The notes under the pieces: generated by a model
The model's database searches: none
What the model was told of the DNA's origin: nothing
Seen by the model: only the letters and a program-made list of their open reading frames with translations
Shown here: positions 1 to 11,907 of the stretch, piece by piece
Numbering within the stretch: position 1 is the first letter of the stretch
Layout: each line of letters opens with the position of its first letter
NCBI RefSeq assembly: GCF_018350175.1
Contig: NC_058368.1
Span: 143,036,001 to 143,100,000 of the forward strand
Length of the DNA: 64,000 nt
Origin: Felis catus
Lineage: Eukaryota
Direction of reading: 5' to 3'
Made by a program: the position numbers and the translations under genes

Positions 1-212
1 ATAGTAGGTGGGTGGGCACAGGAAGAGAAACATGTATCATTTTCATATTTCTCATACCTCATCCTTTGGAAAAGTTAAGTAGTTTTGGATGTTGTGGCAA
101 AGGAGAAAATTTAATTTTCCTATTTTTGATGTGTAAGCCAGAATACCTTAGAGTTAGGGACATAGAGAAGGAATAGAGTACAAACACCTGCTTTAAAAAA
201 AAATAAAGTACA

Positions 213-412
213 GGGGTACCTGGGTGGCCCATTAAACATCTGGCTCTTGATTTTGGTTCGGGTCACAATCTCAGGGTTTATGAGTTCCTGCGGAGCCTGC
301 TTGGAATTCTCTCTCTCTCTCTCTCTGTCCCTCCCTGACCATGTGCGCGTGTGCTCTCTCTCTCTGTTTCTCTCAAAAAAACAAAACAACAACAAAAAAC
401 CTTAAAAAAAAA
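213..412 (+). mobile_element. CanSINE
   Basis: ggggtacctgggtgg head, (CT)n tract, A-rich tail. Confidence 0.85.
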
Positions 413-661
413 AGTATGTATTTACTTGATCATGACTGAAAAAAGTATAAATGTAAATCTCCTCCCCAGTCACCTCCATTTCCCTGTCTGTGGTTCCCAT
501 TCTCAGAGGCAATCAAATTTCTAGTGTGTCTTTCAGCTTTAGTCCTATATACAAAGATACATAGGACATACATAACTTCCCATCTTCTTAACATTCAAAT
601 GGTAGCATTCTACATACTGTTATATATATATATTTTTTTTCTCTTAACAGGCTGCATTTTA

Positions 662-880
662 TTTTATTTGTTTAATTTTTTTTAATATTTTTTATTTTTG
701 AGACATAGGGAGACAGAGCATGAATGGGGGAGGGACACAGAGAGAGGGAGACACAGAATCTGAAACAGGCTCTGGGCTCTGAGCTGTTAGCACTGAGCCC
801 AATACGGGGCTCGAACCCACGAACCGTTAGATCATGAGCGGAAGTCAGACACTTAACCAACTGAGCCACCCAGCTGCCCC
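662..880 (-). mobile_element. CanSINE
   Basis: Full body; TSD core gctgcatttt. Confidence 0.9.
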
Positions 881-937
881 AGCTGCATTTTTTTTAATGG
901 CTAAATAGTATTCTGCTGAATGTATATTTTTTTTGAT

Positions 938-976
<39 letters not shown>

Positions 977-1184
977 CTGTTAAAATAGCGTATCTTTTCC
1001 CACATGTACTAGTATATCTGTGAGCTAAGGTAGATTTCTATAAGGGGAATTTCTGGGTCAAAGAATGCATTTTGATTAAAATTGTTTTCTGTAGAGGTAC
1101 ACCAGTTTACTCCCTCTCAAACAAAAGGAGGTTGCCTTTTGTTTCTACATCCTTTTCAAGACTAAAGTGTATTTTCATTTAAAA

Positions 1185-1438
1185 AAAATATTTTTAAATG
1201 TTTATGAGAGAAAGCATGTGTGCACATGCACTGAAGGTGGGGAGGTGGGGGGGGTGGGGAGGTGGGGAGGTGGGAGGGTGGGGGTGGGGGGCAGGGGGAG
1301 AGGGAGACAGAATCCCAAGCAGGCTGAGCACTGTCAGCACAGAGCCCAATGTGGGGCTCAAACTCTTGAACTGTGAGATCATGACCTTAACCAAAAATAG
1401 AGTCAAATGCTTAACCTACTGAGCCACCCAGTCACACC
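1185..1438 (-). mobile_element. CanSINE with an expanded G-rich tract
   Basis: SINE body 1300-1438; GGGGAGGT-like runs at 1237-1304. Confidence 0.85.
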
Positions 1439-1639
1439 AAGAGTATGTTTTCAAAAACTTTTTGGTCTTACTGGTGACAGGTTTTAGTTTGTAATTTATT
1501 TTGCAATTCTCTTATGAGTAAGTTTTCATTTGTTTAGGAGTCATTTCTTTGAATCCATTACATTCTTTACCTATATTTGTATTGTTTGTGGAAATTGTCT
1601 ATGTGTTGAAAGTATTTTTCCTTTAATAATTTGCCTCTT

Positions 1640-1845
1640 GGGGTGCCTGGGTGGCTGTCGGTTAAGCATCCAACTTTGGCTCAGGTTGTGATCTCCCCGT
1701 TTGTGAGTTCAAGCCCTGCATCAGACTCTGTGCTGACAGCTCAGAGCCTGGAGCCTGCTTTGGATTCTGTGTCTCCCTTTCCCTCTGCTCATGCTCTGTC
1801 TCGCTCTCTCTCAAAAATACATAAATGTTAAAAAAATTTTAAAAA
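1640..1845 (+). mobile_element. CanSINE
   Basis: Full body; TSD core aataatttgcc. Confidence 0.9.
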
Positions 1846-2307
1846 ATAATTTGCCCCTTTATTTTATTTTGTATGCCTTTGTAGCCAGATGAAAATTTTT
1901 GCAGCAAAATTTATTAGTCTGTTTTGATAGTATCTGGATTTTGAGTCACGCTTTAAAGCCTCTCATGATGAGATTATTTAAAGCAAGAACAAATAAACAA
2001 AACCCTACATGTCTTCTCCTAGTTTTATGATTTTGTTATTTGCATTTGCATTCTTGATCTAGCTGAGATTTATTTTGGTGTAGGGAAAAAGATACAGATC
2101 CATCTTACTGTATTTTCTGATAAATGAGAGTTACCACACAATTTCTTGAATGATCATATTTATTGTGCACTAAACTTTGATATAGCTGAACTCTTTAATA
2201 CTTCATTGTATTTGTATTTGATGCTTTTATCAAATAATGTCAATAGTAATAATACAGATAATAAGGCCATTGCCCCCTCCATTGTTACTCTTCATAATTA
2301 AAAAAAA

Positions 2308-2521
2308 ATTTTTTTTAATTTTTTTGAATGCTTATTTCTGAGAGAGAGACAGCATGTGAACGGGGAAGGGGCAGAGAGAGAGGGAGATTCAGAACTGAAA
2401 GCAGGCTCGAGGCTCTGAGCCGTCAGCACAGAGCCCAATGCGGGGCTTGAACTCAGCACCTGTGAGATCATGACCTGAGCCCAAGTTGGAAGCTCAACCG
2501 ACTGAGCCACCCAGGCGCCCC
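2308..2521 (-). mobile_element. CanSINE
   Basis: Ends ctgagccacccaggcgcccc. Confidence 0.9.
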
Positions 2522-2885
2522 AGATTTTTTTTTAACTTTAAAAGTGGCCTTTTCTTATGCAATAAAAAAGTCAAGTTATTTTTTTACCATGTGGAATTTA
2601 TAGATTAATTTAGTAAGAATTGATAGTTTTGTTATTAGTCTTAAATTTATATCATCTTTTGGTACCTTTAAACATTTTATGTGTTTATATAAACCTCTTA
2701 AGGGGTTTAAGTTTATTACTATTTTTCTGTTTTTGTTGCTGTTTTGTTGTAAATGGAATCCTTGCTAGCTGTTTTTACTATAATAGGGTTGTTGGTTTCT
2801 GCATACAAATTATAACTAAGCTTATTGAATGCTTTTTCTGTTGTAATTTTTCAGTTTATTCTAAATTGCATTCTTAAATTGCCAG

Positions 2886-3087
2886 TTTTTATTTTTTAAT
2901 ATTTTTAGAAGTTTATTGAGAAGAGAGAGTGGAGGAGGGGCAGAGAGCAAGAATACCACCAAGCAGGCCTCCTGCTGTCAGAACAGAGTGTGATGCAGGG
3001 CTCAAACTCTCAAACCACGAGATCATGACCTGAGCTGAAATCAAGAGTGGGTAGGTTGCTTAACTGATTGAGTCTCCCACGTGCCCC
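2886..3087 (-). mobile_element. CanSINE
   Basis: Older subfamily body (gaaatcaagagt). Confidence 0.85.
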
Positions 3088-3333
3088 AGAACTAGAATAT
3101 CTTTATGATCATTTTATTGTTTGTTTGTAGGAGTAAAAAGCTAATAATAATAAAAAAAAAAAAAAGCAAGCATGTCATCAGAATGAAGAGAGTTAATTTG
3201 ATGGTCTCAAATCAGTGGCCATTGCCTTTAAACTTCCACCTTCACTGAATACATGAAGGCTTACGTACTGGAGATAAGATCCTGGCCAGTGCTAAAGAAA
3301 AGACCAGACTTATTTGTCACCCTTTAGCTGTCT

Positions 3334-3564
3334 TTTTTTTTTTTTTAATTTTTTTTTTTTTTAACATTTATTTATTTTTGAGACAGAGAGAGACAGAGCA
3401 TGAAGGGGGGAGGGGCAGAGAGAGAAGGAGACACAGAATCGGAAGCAGGCTCCAGGCTCTGAGCCATCAGCCCAGAGCCTGATGCGGGGCTTGAACTCAC
3501 AGACCGCAAGATCGTGACCTGAGCTGAAGTTGGACGCTTAACCGACTGCGCCACCCAGGCGCCC
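3334..3564 (-). mobile_element. CanSINE (young)
   Basis: Long T tract and CpG-retaining body. Confidence 0.9.
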
Positions 3565-4004
3565 CACCCTTTACCTGTCTTAATGATTTTTCTGTGATTA
3601 GCTTCAGTCATAACTTTTTTTTTAAAGAATAGCTAAAAATGCTTTTTTCCCCCCCCTCCCATGTAAAAATGCATCAGTAGAGAACTGAGCCTTGAGAAAT
3701 GGGAGTTGGGGCTAAATTTTAGTTTAAACCTGAGCATACCTTAGAGATACTGTGGTTTTGGTTCTAGACCACCACAATAAAACAAGTTAAATGAACATTT
3801 TGGTTGTCCAGTGCATATAAACATTTCCACTATACTGTAGTCTGTTGAGTGTTTAGTAGCATTACATCTAAAACAAAAACAAAAACAATGTATGTACCTT
3901 AATTTGAAAATACTTCATTGCTGAAAAATGGTAATCATTTTCTGAGCTTTCAGAAGCGAGTTGTAGTCTTTTTGCTGATAGAGGGTCTTGCTTTAGTATA
4001 TATA

Positions 4005-4214
4005 TTTTTTTAAGTTTATTTTGAAGGGGGGCGAGAGCACGTGAGTGTGCCCAGTTGGGTCGGAGAGAAAGGGAGAGGGAGAGACAGAATCTCAAGCAGG
4101 CTCCGCACTAACCGTACTGAACCCAACATAGGTATCGAACTCATGAACCGTGAGATCATGACCTAAACTGAAATCAAGGGTCAGATGCTTAATGGTCTGG
4201 GCCACCCAGGCACC
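4005..4214 (-). mobile_element. CanSINE nested in Tigger1
   Basis: TSD core gggtcttgc. Confidence 0.85.
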
Positions 4215-4293
4215 TTGGGTCTTGCCTTAGTATTGTGATTGTTGACTGATGAGGGTGGTGGTTGCTGAAGGTTAGGGTGGCTATGGCTATTTC

Positions 4294-4509
4294 TTTTTTT
4301 TTTTTTTTTAACGTTTATTTATTTTTGAGACAGGGAGAGACAGATGAACAGGGGAGGGGTAGACAGAGAGGGAGACACAGAATCAGAAGCAGGCTCCAGG
4401 CTCTGAGCCATCAGCCCAGAGCCCGACGCAGGGCTCGAATCCATGGACCGCGAGATCGTGACCTGACCTGAAGTCGGACTCTCAACCGACTGAGCCACCC
4501 AGGCGCCCC
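4294..4509 (-). mobile_element. CanSINE nested in Tigger1
   Basis: TSD core tggctatttctt. Confidence 0.9.
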
Positions 4510-4845
4510 GTGTGGCTATTTCTTAAAATGAGACAACAAGGGAAGTATTCTGCATCAATTGTCTCTTCCTTTTGTGAACAATTTCTTTGTAGTTTCTGTT
4601 ACTGACTGGTAACATTTTACCCATATTAGAACTTCTTGCATAATTGGAGTCACTTCTCTCAAACACTGCTCTTGCTTCATTACCTAAGAGTAAGTAATAT
4701 ACTAAATCTTGTGTTGTCATTTCAGCAGTCATTATAGCATCTTCTGTCTCAAGGAACCACTTTCTTTGCTAATGCATAAGAAGCAGCTCCTCATCTGTTT
4801 TATCACGAAATTGTAGCAATTCAATCACGTCTTTAGGCTGCACTT

Positions 4846-5064
4846 TTTTTTTTAATTTTTAAAAAAATGTTTATTTATTTTTGACAGAGAGACAGAGCAT
4901 GAACAGGGGAGGGGCAGAGAGAGAGGGAGACATAGAATGGGAAGCAGGCTCCAGGCTCCGAGCTGTCAGCACAGAGCCTGAGTCGGGGCTCGAACTCACA
5001 GACTGGGAGATCATGACCTGAGCTGAAGTCGGACGTTCAACCCACTGAGCCACCCAGGTGCCCC
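4846..5064 (-). mobile_element. CanSINE nested in Tigger1
   Basis: TSD aggctgcactt. Confidence 0.9.
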
Positions 5065-6829
5065 AGGCTGCACTTGTAATTCTAGTTCTCTTACTGTTTC
5101 ATCACATCTGCGGTTACTTCCTCCACCAAAGTCTTGAACCTCTCAAAATTATTCATGAGATTGGAATCAACTTCTTCCAAACTCCTGTGCATGTTGATAT
5201 TTTGACCTCTTTCCATGAATTGTGAATGTTCTTCACAGTGTCTGGGATGGTGAATCCTTTCCAGAGGTTTTCACTTGACTTTGCCCAGATCCATAGAGGA
5301 ATCACTATCTTTTGCCACTATAGTCTTGTGAAACGTAGTTCTTAAAGAATAAGACTTGAAAGTCAAAATTACTCCTTAATTCATGGGCTGCAGAATGGAT
5401 GTAGTGTTAGCAGGCATGAAAAGTATATTAATCTCACTGTTTATCTCCATGAGAACTCATAGGTGACAGGTGCATTGTCCATGTGCAATGTTGTGAAAGG
5501 AATTGTTTTTTCTGAGCAGAAGATATTTTAAGCAGTGAGGTTAAAGCACTCAGTAAACCATATTGTCAATAGATGTGTTGTCATCCAGGCTACACTTTGG
5601 CATTTGCACAGAGTAGATCTACCATAATTCTTAAGGGCCCTAGTATTTTGGGAATGGTAAGTGAAGTGAGCATTGGCTTCAACCAGCTGCATTAACTGTT
5701 AACAAGAAAGTTAGTCTGTCTATCCTTTGAAACTTTGAAGCCAGGCACTAACTAAGTTCTCTTCCCTAGTTATGAAAGTCCCTGAAGGCATCTTCTTCTA
5801 ATGTAACAATCTAAGACTGTTTGTCTGTATTGGGACTCTGTTGTTTAATGTAGCCACCTTCATGATTTACTTTATTTAGCTGGATCTTCTGGACAACTTA
5901 CTGTAACTTCTATGTGCATACTTTCTGCTTCACCTTGAACCTTTATATTATGAGGGAGACTGCTTCTCTCCTTAAACCTTATGAAAATCAACCTCTGGTA
6001 GCTTCAGACTGCTCTTATGCAGCTTCCTTATGTCTCTCAGCCTTCAAAGAATTAAAAAGAGTTAGGGCTTTGTCTGGATTTAGGCTTTGGCTTAAGTGAA
6101 TGTTGTGACTGGTTTGATCTACTCAGGCCACTAAAAGTTTTCTGTGTATCAGTAAGGCTATTTTGCTTATCATTGGTGTGTTCACTGGAATAGTGCTTTT
6201 AATTTCCTTTATTAACTCTTTCTTTACATTCACAAGTTGGCTAACTGTGAGAGGTCACTCTTGGTGTTCATCATGCCTTCTTGATTAAGCTTAATCATTT
6301 CTCGCATTTGATTTAAAGTGAGAGACATGTGACTGTGTTCATTTGAACACCCTGAAGCCATTGTAGGGCTATTAATTAGGCTAATTTCTGTATTGATGTG
6401 TCTCGGAATAGGGAGGCCTGAGGAGAGGCAGAAAGTTGGGGGATTGGCCAGTTGGGAGAGCCCTCAGAACATACAACATTTATCAGTTCAATTCACCATC
6501 TTGTTTGGGTGTGGTTCATGGTGCCCCAAAACAATTACAGTAACATCCAAAAGTGCTGATCACAGATCACCTAACAAAGATAATAATAATGAAAAACCTT
6601 GAAATAATGTGAAAATTACCAAAATATGACCGACATGAAGTACATGCTGTTGTAAAAATGGCACTGATAGACTTGAATGATACAGGAGTGCCACAAACCT
6701 TGAATTTGTTAAAAGCAAAAATATCTGAAGTATAGTGAAGGGAAGCACAATAAATAAAAGAGGTATGTCTATAGTGCTAATTGATCTAATAGTAAATGAG
6801 AGGGAAAATTTTTGATTAAAGAAAATTTA

Positions 6830-7032
6830 GGGGCGTGGGGGTGGCTCACTTGGTTGAGTGTCCGATTTCGGCTTTGGTCATGATACCCTGTTCGTGGGTT
6901 TGAGCCCCATGTCAGGCCATGTGGTGACAGCTCAGAGTCTGGAGCCTGCTTCCGATTCTGTGTCTCCTTCTCTCTCTGCCCCTCCCCTGCTCATGATCTA
7001 TCTCTCAAAAAATAAAACCTTAAAAAAAAAAA
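6830..7032 (+). mobile_element. CanSINE
   Basis: Head, body, AATAAA and poly(A). Confidence 0.88.
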
Positions 7033-7229
7033 TAGATCTGCCATTGTCTGTATAACTACAGAGACTTTTAACCTCATGTTATTGTTCATTTTTTCTTGTG
7101 TCTCTGTTTTAATGTTGTGTACGTGAACACAAGCAAGATGCTGCCCCTCTGTTTTCATGAATGGCACAATAGACGACAGTTAACCAAGTTTACATTCCAT
7201 CATCAAGTGTGATTATCCCATTAGTTCAC

Positions 7230-7605
7230 TATTTATTTATTTATTTATATTTTAAAAATTTTACATCCAAATTAGTTAGCATATAGTGCAACAATGGTTT
7301 CAGGAGTAGATTCCTTAATGCCCCTTACCCATTTAGCCCATGCCCCCTCCCACACCCTCTCCAGTAACCCTGTGTTCTCCATATTTATGAGTCTCTTATA
7401 CTTTGTCCCCCTCCCTGTTTTTATATTACTTTTGCTTCCCTTCCCTTAGGTTCATCTGTTTTGTCTCTTAAAGTCCTCATATGAGTGAAGTCATATGTTA
7501 TTTGTCTTTCTCTGACTAATTTCACTTAGCATAATGTCCTCCAGTTCCATCCACGTAGTTGCAAATGGCAAGATTTCATTCTTTTTGATTGCCGAGTACT
7601 ACTCC

Positions 7606-7644
<39 letters not shown>

Positions 7645-7965
7645 ATACACACCACATCTTTTTTATCCATTCATCCATCGTTGGACATTTGGGCTTTTTC
7701 CATACTTCGGCTATTGTTGATAGCGCTGCTATAAAAATGGGGGTGCATGTGTCCCTTTGAAACACTACACCTGTATCCCTTGGATAAATGCCTAGTAGTG
7801 CAGTTGCTGGGTCATCGGGTAGTTCTCTTCTTAGTTTTTTGAGGAACCTCCATACTGTTTTCCAGAGTGGCTGCACCAGTTTGCATTCCCACCAGGAATG
7901 CAAAAGAGATCCTCTTTCTCCACATCCTCACCAACATCTGTTGTTGCCTGAGTTGTTAATGTTAG
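7230..7965 (-). mobile_element. Short 5'-truncated L1 (ORF2 C-terminus and 3' UTR)
   Basis: Peptide [21 protein letters not shown], the same 3' UTR type as the 49.3-kb copy, and TSD core CCATTAGTT (7218-7226 / 7966-7974). Confidence 0.92.
7607..7640. repeat. (TG)n microsatellite in L1
   Basis: Read directly. Confidence 0.95.
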
Positions 7966-8450
7966 CCATTAGTTAGCTTTCTGATGGGTCATTAATATTT
8001 TCAAATCCAGTAGTCTCATCATTACCCCTCAAAATCGTCAGTGAAAGGTTTGATCTTAAATGGAAGAGGCTGAATCCACTATCCTGCCTTGAATTCCATT
8101 TGTAATTATGGTGGAGTAAATAGATCCTGCATGTTTCTGAGTTTGGGAAATTCATTTTATCTTGGTTGAACTGGAGATTTTATTCTGGTAATTCAAGAGG
8201 ATAACTGGGCAAAAGTTTGTTTTTCTCACAAGGAAGATCTTTTTGAAGAAGATCATGACTTTCAGAAGGTCCACTTGTGGAAAGTTGAGTTACTGGAATA
8301 CTCTTTAGCTGAGATCTAAATTCCTCTGGCATTCACCTTCAACTTGCTCTGTGAACAGCCTCTCAGCCTTGTTACCATCAGCCGGCCCTGCCGCTCACTT
8401 ATGCTTCTGCCTCATGTTGTTAATATGGGTATATTAAGGTGTTACAGAAG

Positions 8451-8615
8451 CAGAGTTTCTCAAACTTGGGTGTGCAGCTCAACACATGACAATCTTAACT
8501 AAAATGCAGATTCTGATTCTGTGCATCTGGAGTAACCCCTGGGGTTCTGTATTCCTAAAGAGTTTGCACATGATGCTGGTGTTGCTAGTCACAGAGCATA
8601 TTTTGAGTACCAAGG
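8451..8615. mobile_element. MER5-family hAT-Charlie MITE
   Basis: cagagtttctcaaactt...aaaatgcagattctgattc...gatgctggtgttgctagt...tttgagtaccaagg. Confidence 0.7.
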
Positions 8616-9099
8616 TACTAAATGACCATCATTTAAATATGATTATTTAGCTAGGTTGAACTCTGCCAACTAAAAATTGAAGAGGGCGAATTGACCACAG
8701 ACAACATTCTTTATTCCTATTCCATAGATGGTTTCACTGCTCATTGGAATGTGCTGCATTTACAGACTCAGTGTGATGCTCTTTTCCCTAGTGTGTACCT
8801 TGTAGGTAGACTTCAGGGAACATAACACTTGGTTACCTCATTCATCCTCCCAGAATTCTCATCTGAAATGCTTTTATTCACATGATTTCTGAAGTCTGGG
8901 CTGCTCTCCTTCACCTACCCAGCACTTCCTATCCTTCAAGACCCAGTTCAAATCCTAGCTTTAGAACACCTTTTCCAACTGCTCTAGCCTCCTCTATCTA
9001 ATCCATCTTTTCTCTAAAATTTTACTGTCTTTAATAATCAGTATTTTACTTTTATATCTGTTGCTTTGCTTCCCTATTTAGATTTTAGACTTAAAAAAA

Positions 9100-9293
9100 A
9101 TTTTTTTTAATGTTTATTTTTGAGAGAGACAGCACGAGCAGGGGAGGGGCACAAAGAGAGACACAATCCTTGGCAGGCTTCAGGCTCTGAGCTGTTAGCA
9201 CAGAGTCCAATGCCGGGCTTGAACCCATGAACTGTGAGATGATGACCTGAGCCAAAGTCGGACGCTCAACCGACTGAGCCATTCAGGCGCTCC
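9100..9293 (-). mobile_element. CanSINE
   Basis: TSD core attttagac. Confidence 0.88.
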
Positions 9294-10002
9294 TACATTT
9301 TAGACCTCTTAAAGATAGTTTATCTTGGATGTTGTACATTCCCTATATGATCTCTCCTCTTGCATATCTAAAACAATTTGGATATAGTGTCTCTGAATCT
9401 GTTAATCATTGCCTCTAAAAACTTGTCTCTCTTCCTTTGTTTGTCTCAATTAGTGTCAGAAGCCTAGTAGTCTTTGCCCAAGTACTGTGGATTTTTATTT
9501 CCAAAGCATTTCTTGAATCTTGTTTTTCTCTACCCCAAAATGTAAGCTTCCACCAACTTTCATGGACTCATCTAGGAGCCTGTGAACTGATCCCTCTGCA
9601 TGCACACTGGTGCCCCCTTCCAATATTTTCTTATTGTCGTTGTATAACTCAAGGCTAGCCGGGTCTGTTAGTGTCTCCAGAATTCTTCCATTGTGTTCTC
9701 CCCTTCTGTTCTCCAGTTTGTTAACCATGTGTTATGGTCTGCATGGACGTTCCTCTCTGTCTTTCTGACCCAGTCTTCCCTTCTCACTTTGTCTGGTTTG
9801 TCTTTTCATCATTCAGAGCACAGATAAGGTTCTTTTACCTGGGAAAGTATTCCCTCATATTTTCTTGTAACCAGAGAGGTCTTGAGAGGGAAAAATAAAA
9901 CAAAAAACCTTTAATGATAGCTCTTCGCTTTCAGCATAAAGCAAGATCCCACTTGGCCTGGCTTCTTTCCACATCTTTAAATCATTTATATATTATCAGT
10001 TT

Positions 10003-10188
10003 AATTTTTTAAATGTTTGTTTACTTTTGAGGTGGGGAGGGGCAGAGAGAGAGGGAGATACAGAATCTGAAACAAGTTCCAGGCTTACTGTCAGCACAAA
10101 GCCCGACGCGGGGCTCAAACTTGGGAACCACAGATTATGACCTGAGCCAAAATTGAATGCTTAAGTTACTCAGCCACCTAGGTGCCCC
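10003..10188 (-). mobile_element. CanSINE
   Basis: Diverged full body. Confidence 0.85.
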
Positions 10189-10827
10189 ATATATGTTACC
10201 AGTTTAGTCACTGATATCTGAGTTGATTCTTTTTGTTCTAGTTGACTTATATTAAAACAAACTAACAAAACCAAACAAGTAAAAACTACTTGTTAACAAA
10301 ACAGAAAAAGACATTGATCTGATCACCTTATGAAATAATAGGACTTAGCAGAGATGAAAATCAGTGTTAATACGTTATTATGAATTTATTTTTAAATCTT
10401 TTTGTTGTTGTTTTACTTTAAAAATAAGCACACATACAGTGAAATACAAAATTAACTTTAGGGGTATTTTCGTGGCTCAGTTGGTTGAGTATCCAACTGG
10501 ATTTTGGCTTTCTGTCTCTTAAAAAGGTTTGTATCAGTTAAAAATTAATAGGCTTTGCTTTATATCAATTTTAAGTTTACTGAAAAATTGAGCAGAAAAT
10601 AGAGTTCTCATTTATTCCCCTCCTGTCCACAGTCTCCCCTGTTATTAAAGTGCATAGTTTACATTAGAGTTCATTCTTTGTGTTATGCAATTCTGATAAG
10701 TGCAGAATGTCTGTATCTACCATTACAATATTATACAGAAAGAACAGTTTTGCTGCTCTGAAAATGCCATGTTTCCCTTATTCATTCATTGGGGTGTGCT
10801 ACATCTCCAACTCCTGGCAACTAGTGA

Positions 10828-10865
10828 TTATTATTATTATTATTATTATTATTTTTTTTTTTTTT
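10828..10865. repeat. (ATT)n followed by poly-T
   Basis: Read directly. Confidence 0.9.
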
Positions 10866-11619
10866 ACTGTCTCCATGTTTTGCTTTTTCCAGAATGTCAT
10901 GTAATTGGAATCAGACAATATGTAGCCTTTTCAGATTGACTTCTTGTCACTTACCAGTATGTATCTAAGGTTCCTTCCTGTCTTTGTAGTTTGGCAGCTC
11001 ATTTTTTTAAATTGTTGAATGAGTATTCCAGTATATGGATGTATCGCAGTTTGTTTATCCATTTACTTATTGGAGGATATCTCTTGCTTCCAAGTTTCCA
11101 TTTATGAATAAAGCTCCTATAATACTTATGTGCAGGTTTTGTTTGGATTTAGGTTTTCATCTCATTTTGGTAAATATCAAGGAGCAGGATTGCTGGATTA
11201 TATGGTGAGAATATATTTAGTTTTCTAAGAAAGAAATACCATGCTACCACTTACCAAAGGAAAGCTAAAATAGCTATATTAATGTGAAGTAGGTATATTA
11301 ATTTGAGACAAAGCAGACTTTGGAGCAAGGAAAATTATGAAGGATCAAGAGAATTACATAATAATGAAAGGGTTAATTCTCTAAGAAGATCTAATAATCC
11401 TTGATGTGCACATGCCTAAAAACAGATAAGAATACATTACCACCAGCAGTGAGTGGGAATTCTGATTGCTCCACCTCCTTGCCAATATTTGGTGTTGTCA
11501 GACCTGTAGTGGCATCTCACTGGTCTAATTTGTAGATCCCAAATGATAGTATGATATTGAACATCTCCTCTGCTTACCTGACATCTGTATATCTTATTTG
11601 ATGAGATATCTTCAGATCT

Positions 11620-11863
11620 TTTTTTTTTTTTTAAGATTTTTTTATTTTTTAATTTGGAAGTTCTTTTTTAGTTTATTTATTTTGAGAGAGACAGAGACAA
11701 TGTGAGTAGAGGAGGGCAGAGAGAGGGAGACAGAGAATCCCAAGCAGGCTCTGCAGTGTCAGCACAGAGCTCAAAATGGGTCTTGAACCCACAAACTGTG
11801 AGATCATGACCTGAGCTGAAACCAAGAGTCAGACACTTAACCACCTCAGCCGCCCAGGTGCCC
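11620..11863 (-). mobile_element. CanSINE nested in old L1
   Basis: TSD core ttcagatctttt. Confidence 0.88.
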
Positions 11864-11907
11864 AGAGATGTTTTCAGATCTTTTGCTCATTTTTAAATTG
11901 GGTTGCC

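Larger units (their letters stand above)
430..2880 (-). mobile_element. Highly decayed L1ME-like fragments between SINEs
   Basis: T-rich L1 antisense-like motifs (ggaatttctgggtcaaag, agaggtacaccagtttactcc). Boundaries are approximate. Confidence 0.5.
3731..6771 (-). mobile_element. Tigger1 (TcMar-Tigger) DNA transposon relic, near full length, with three nested SINEs
   Basis: Degenerate TIRs (gcatacct at 3734; GAGGTATGTCTA at 6760-6771 followed by TA) and Tigger1-like subterminal sequence. About 2.4 kb after removing the SINEs; the transposase is decayed. Confidence 0.88.
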
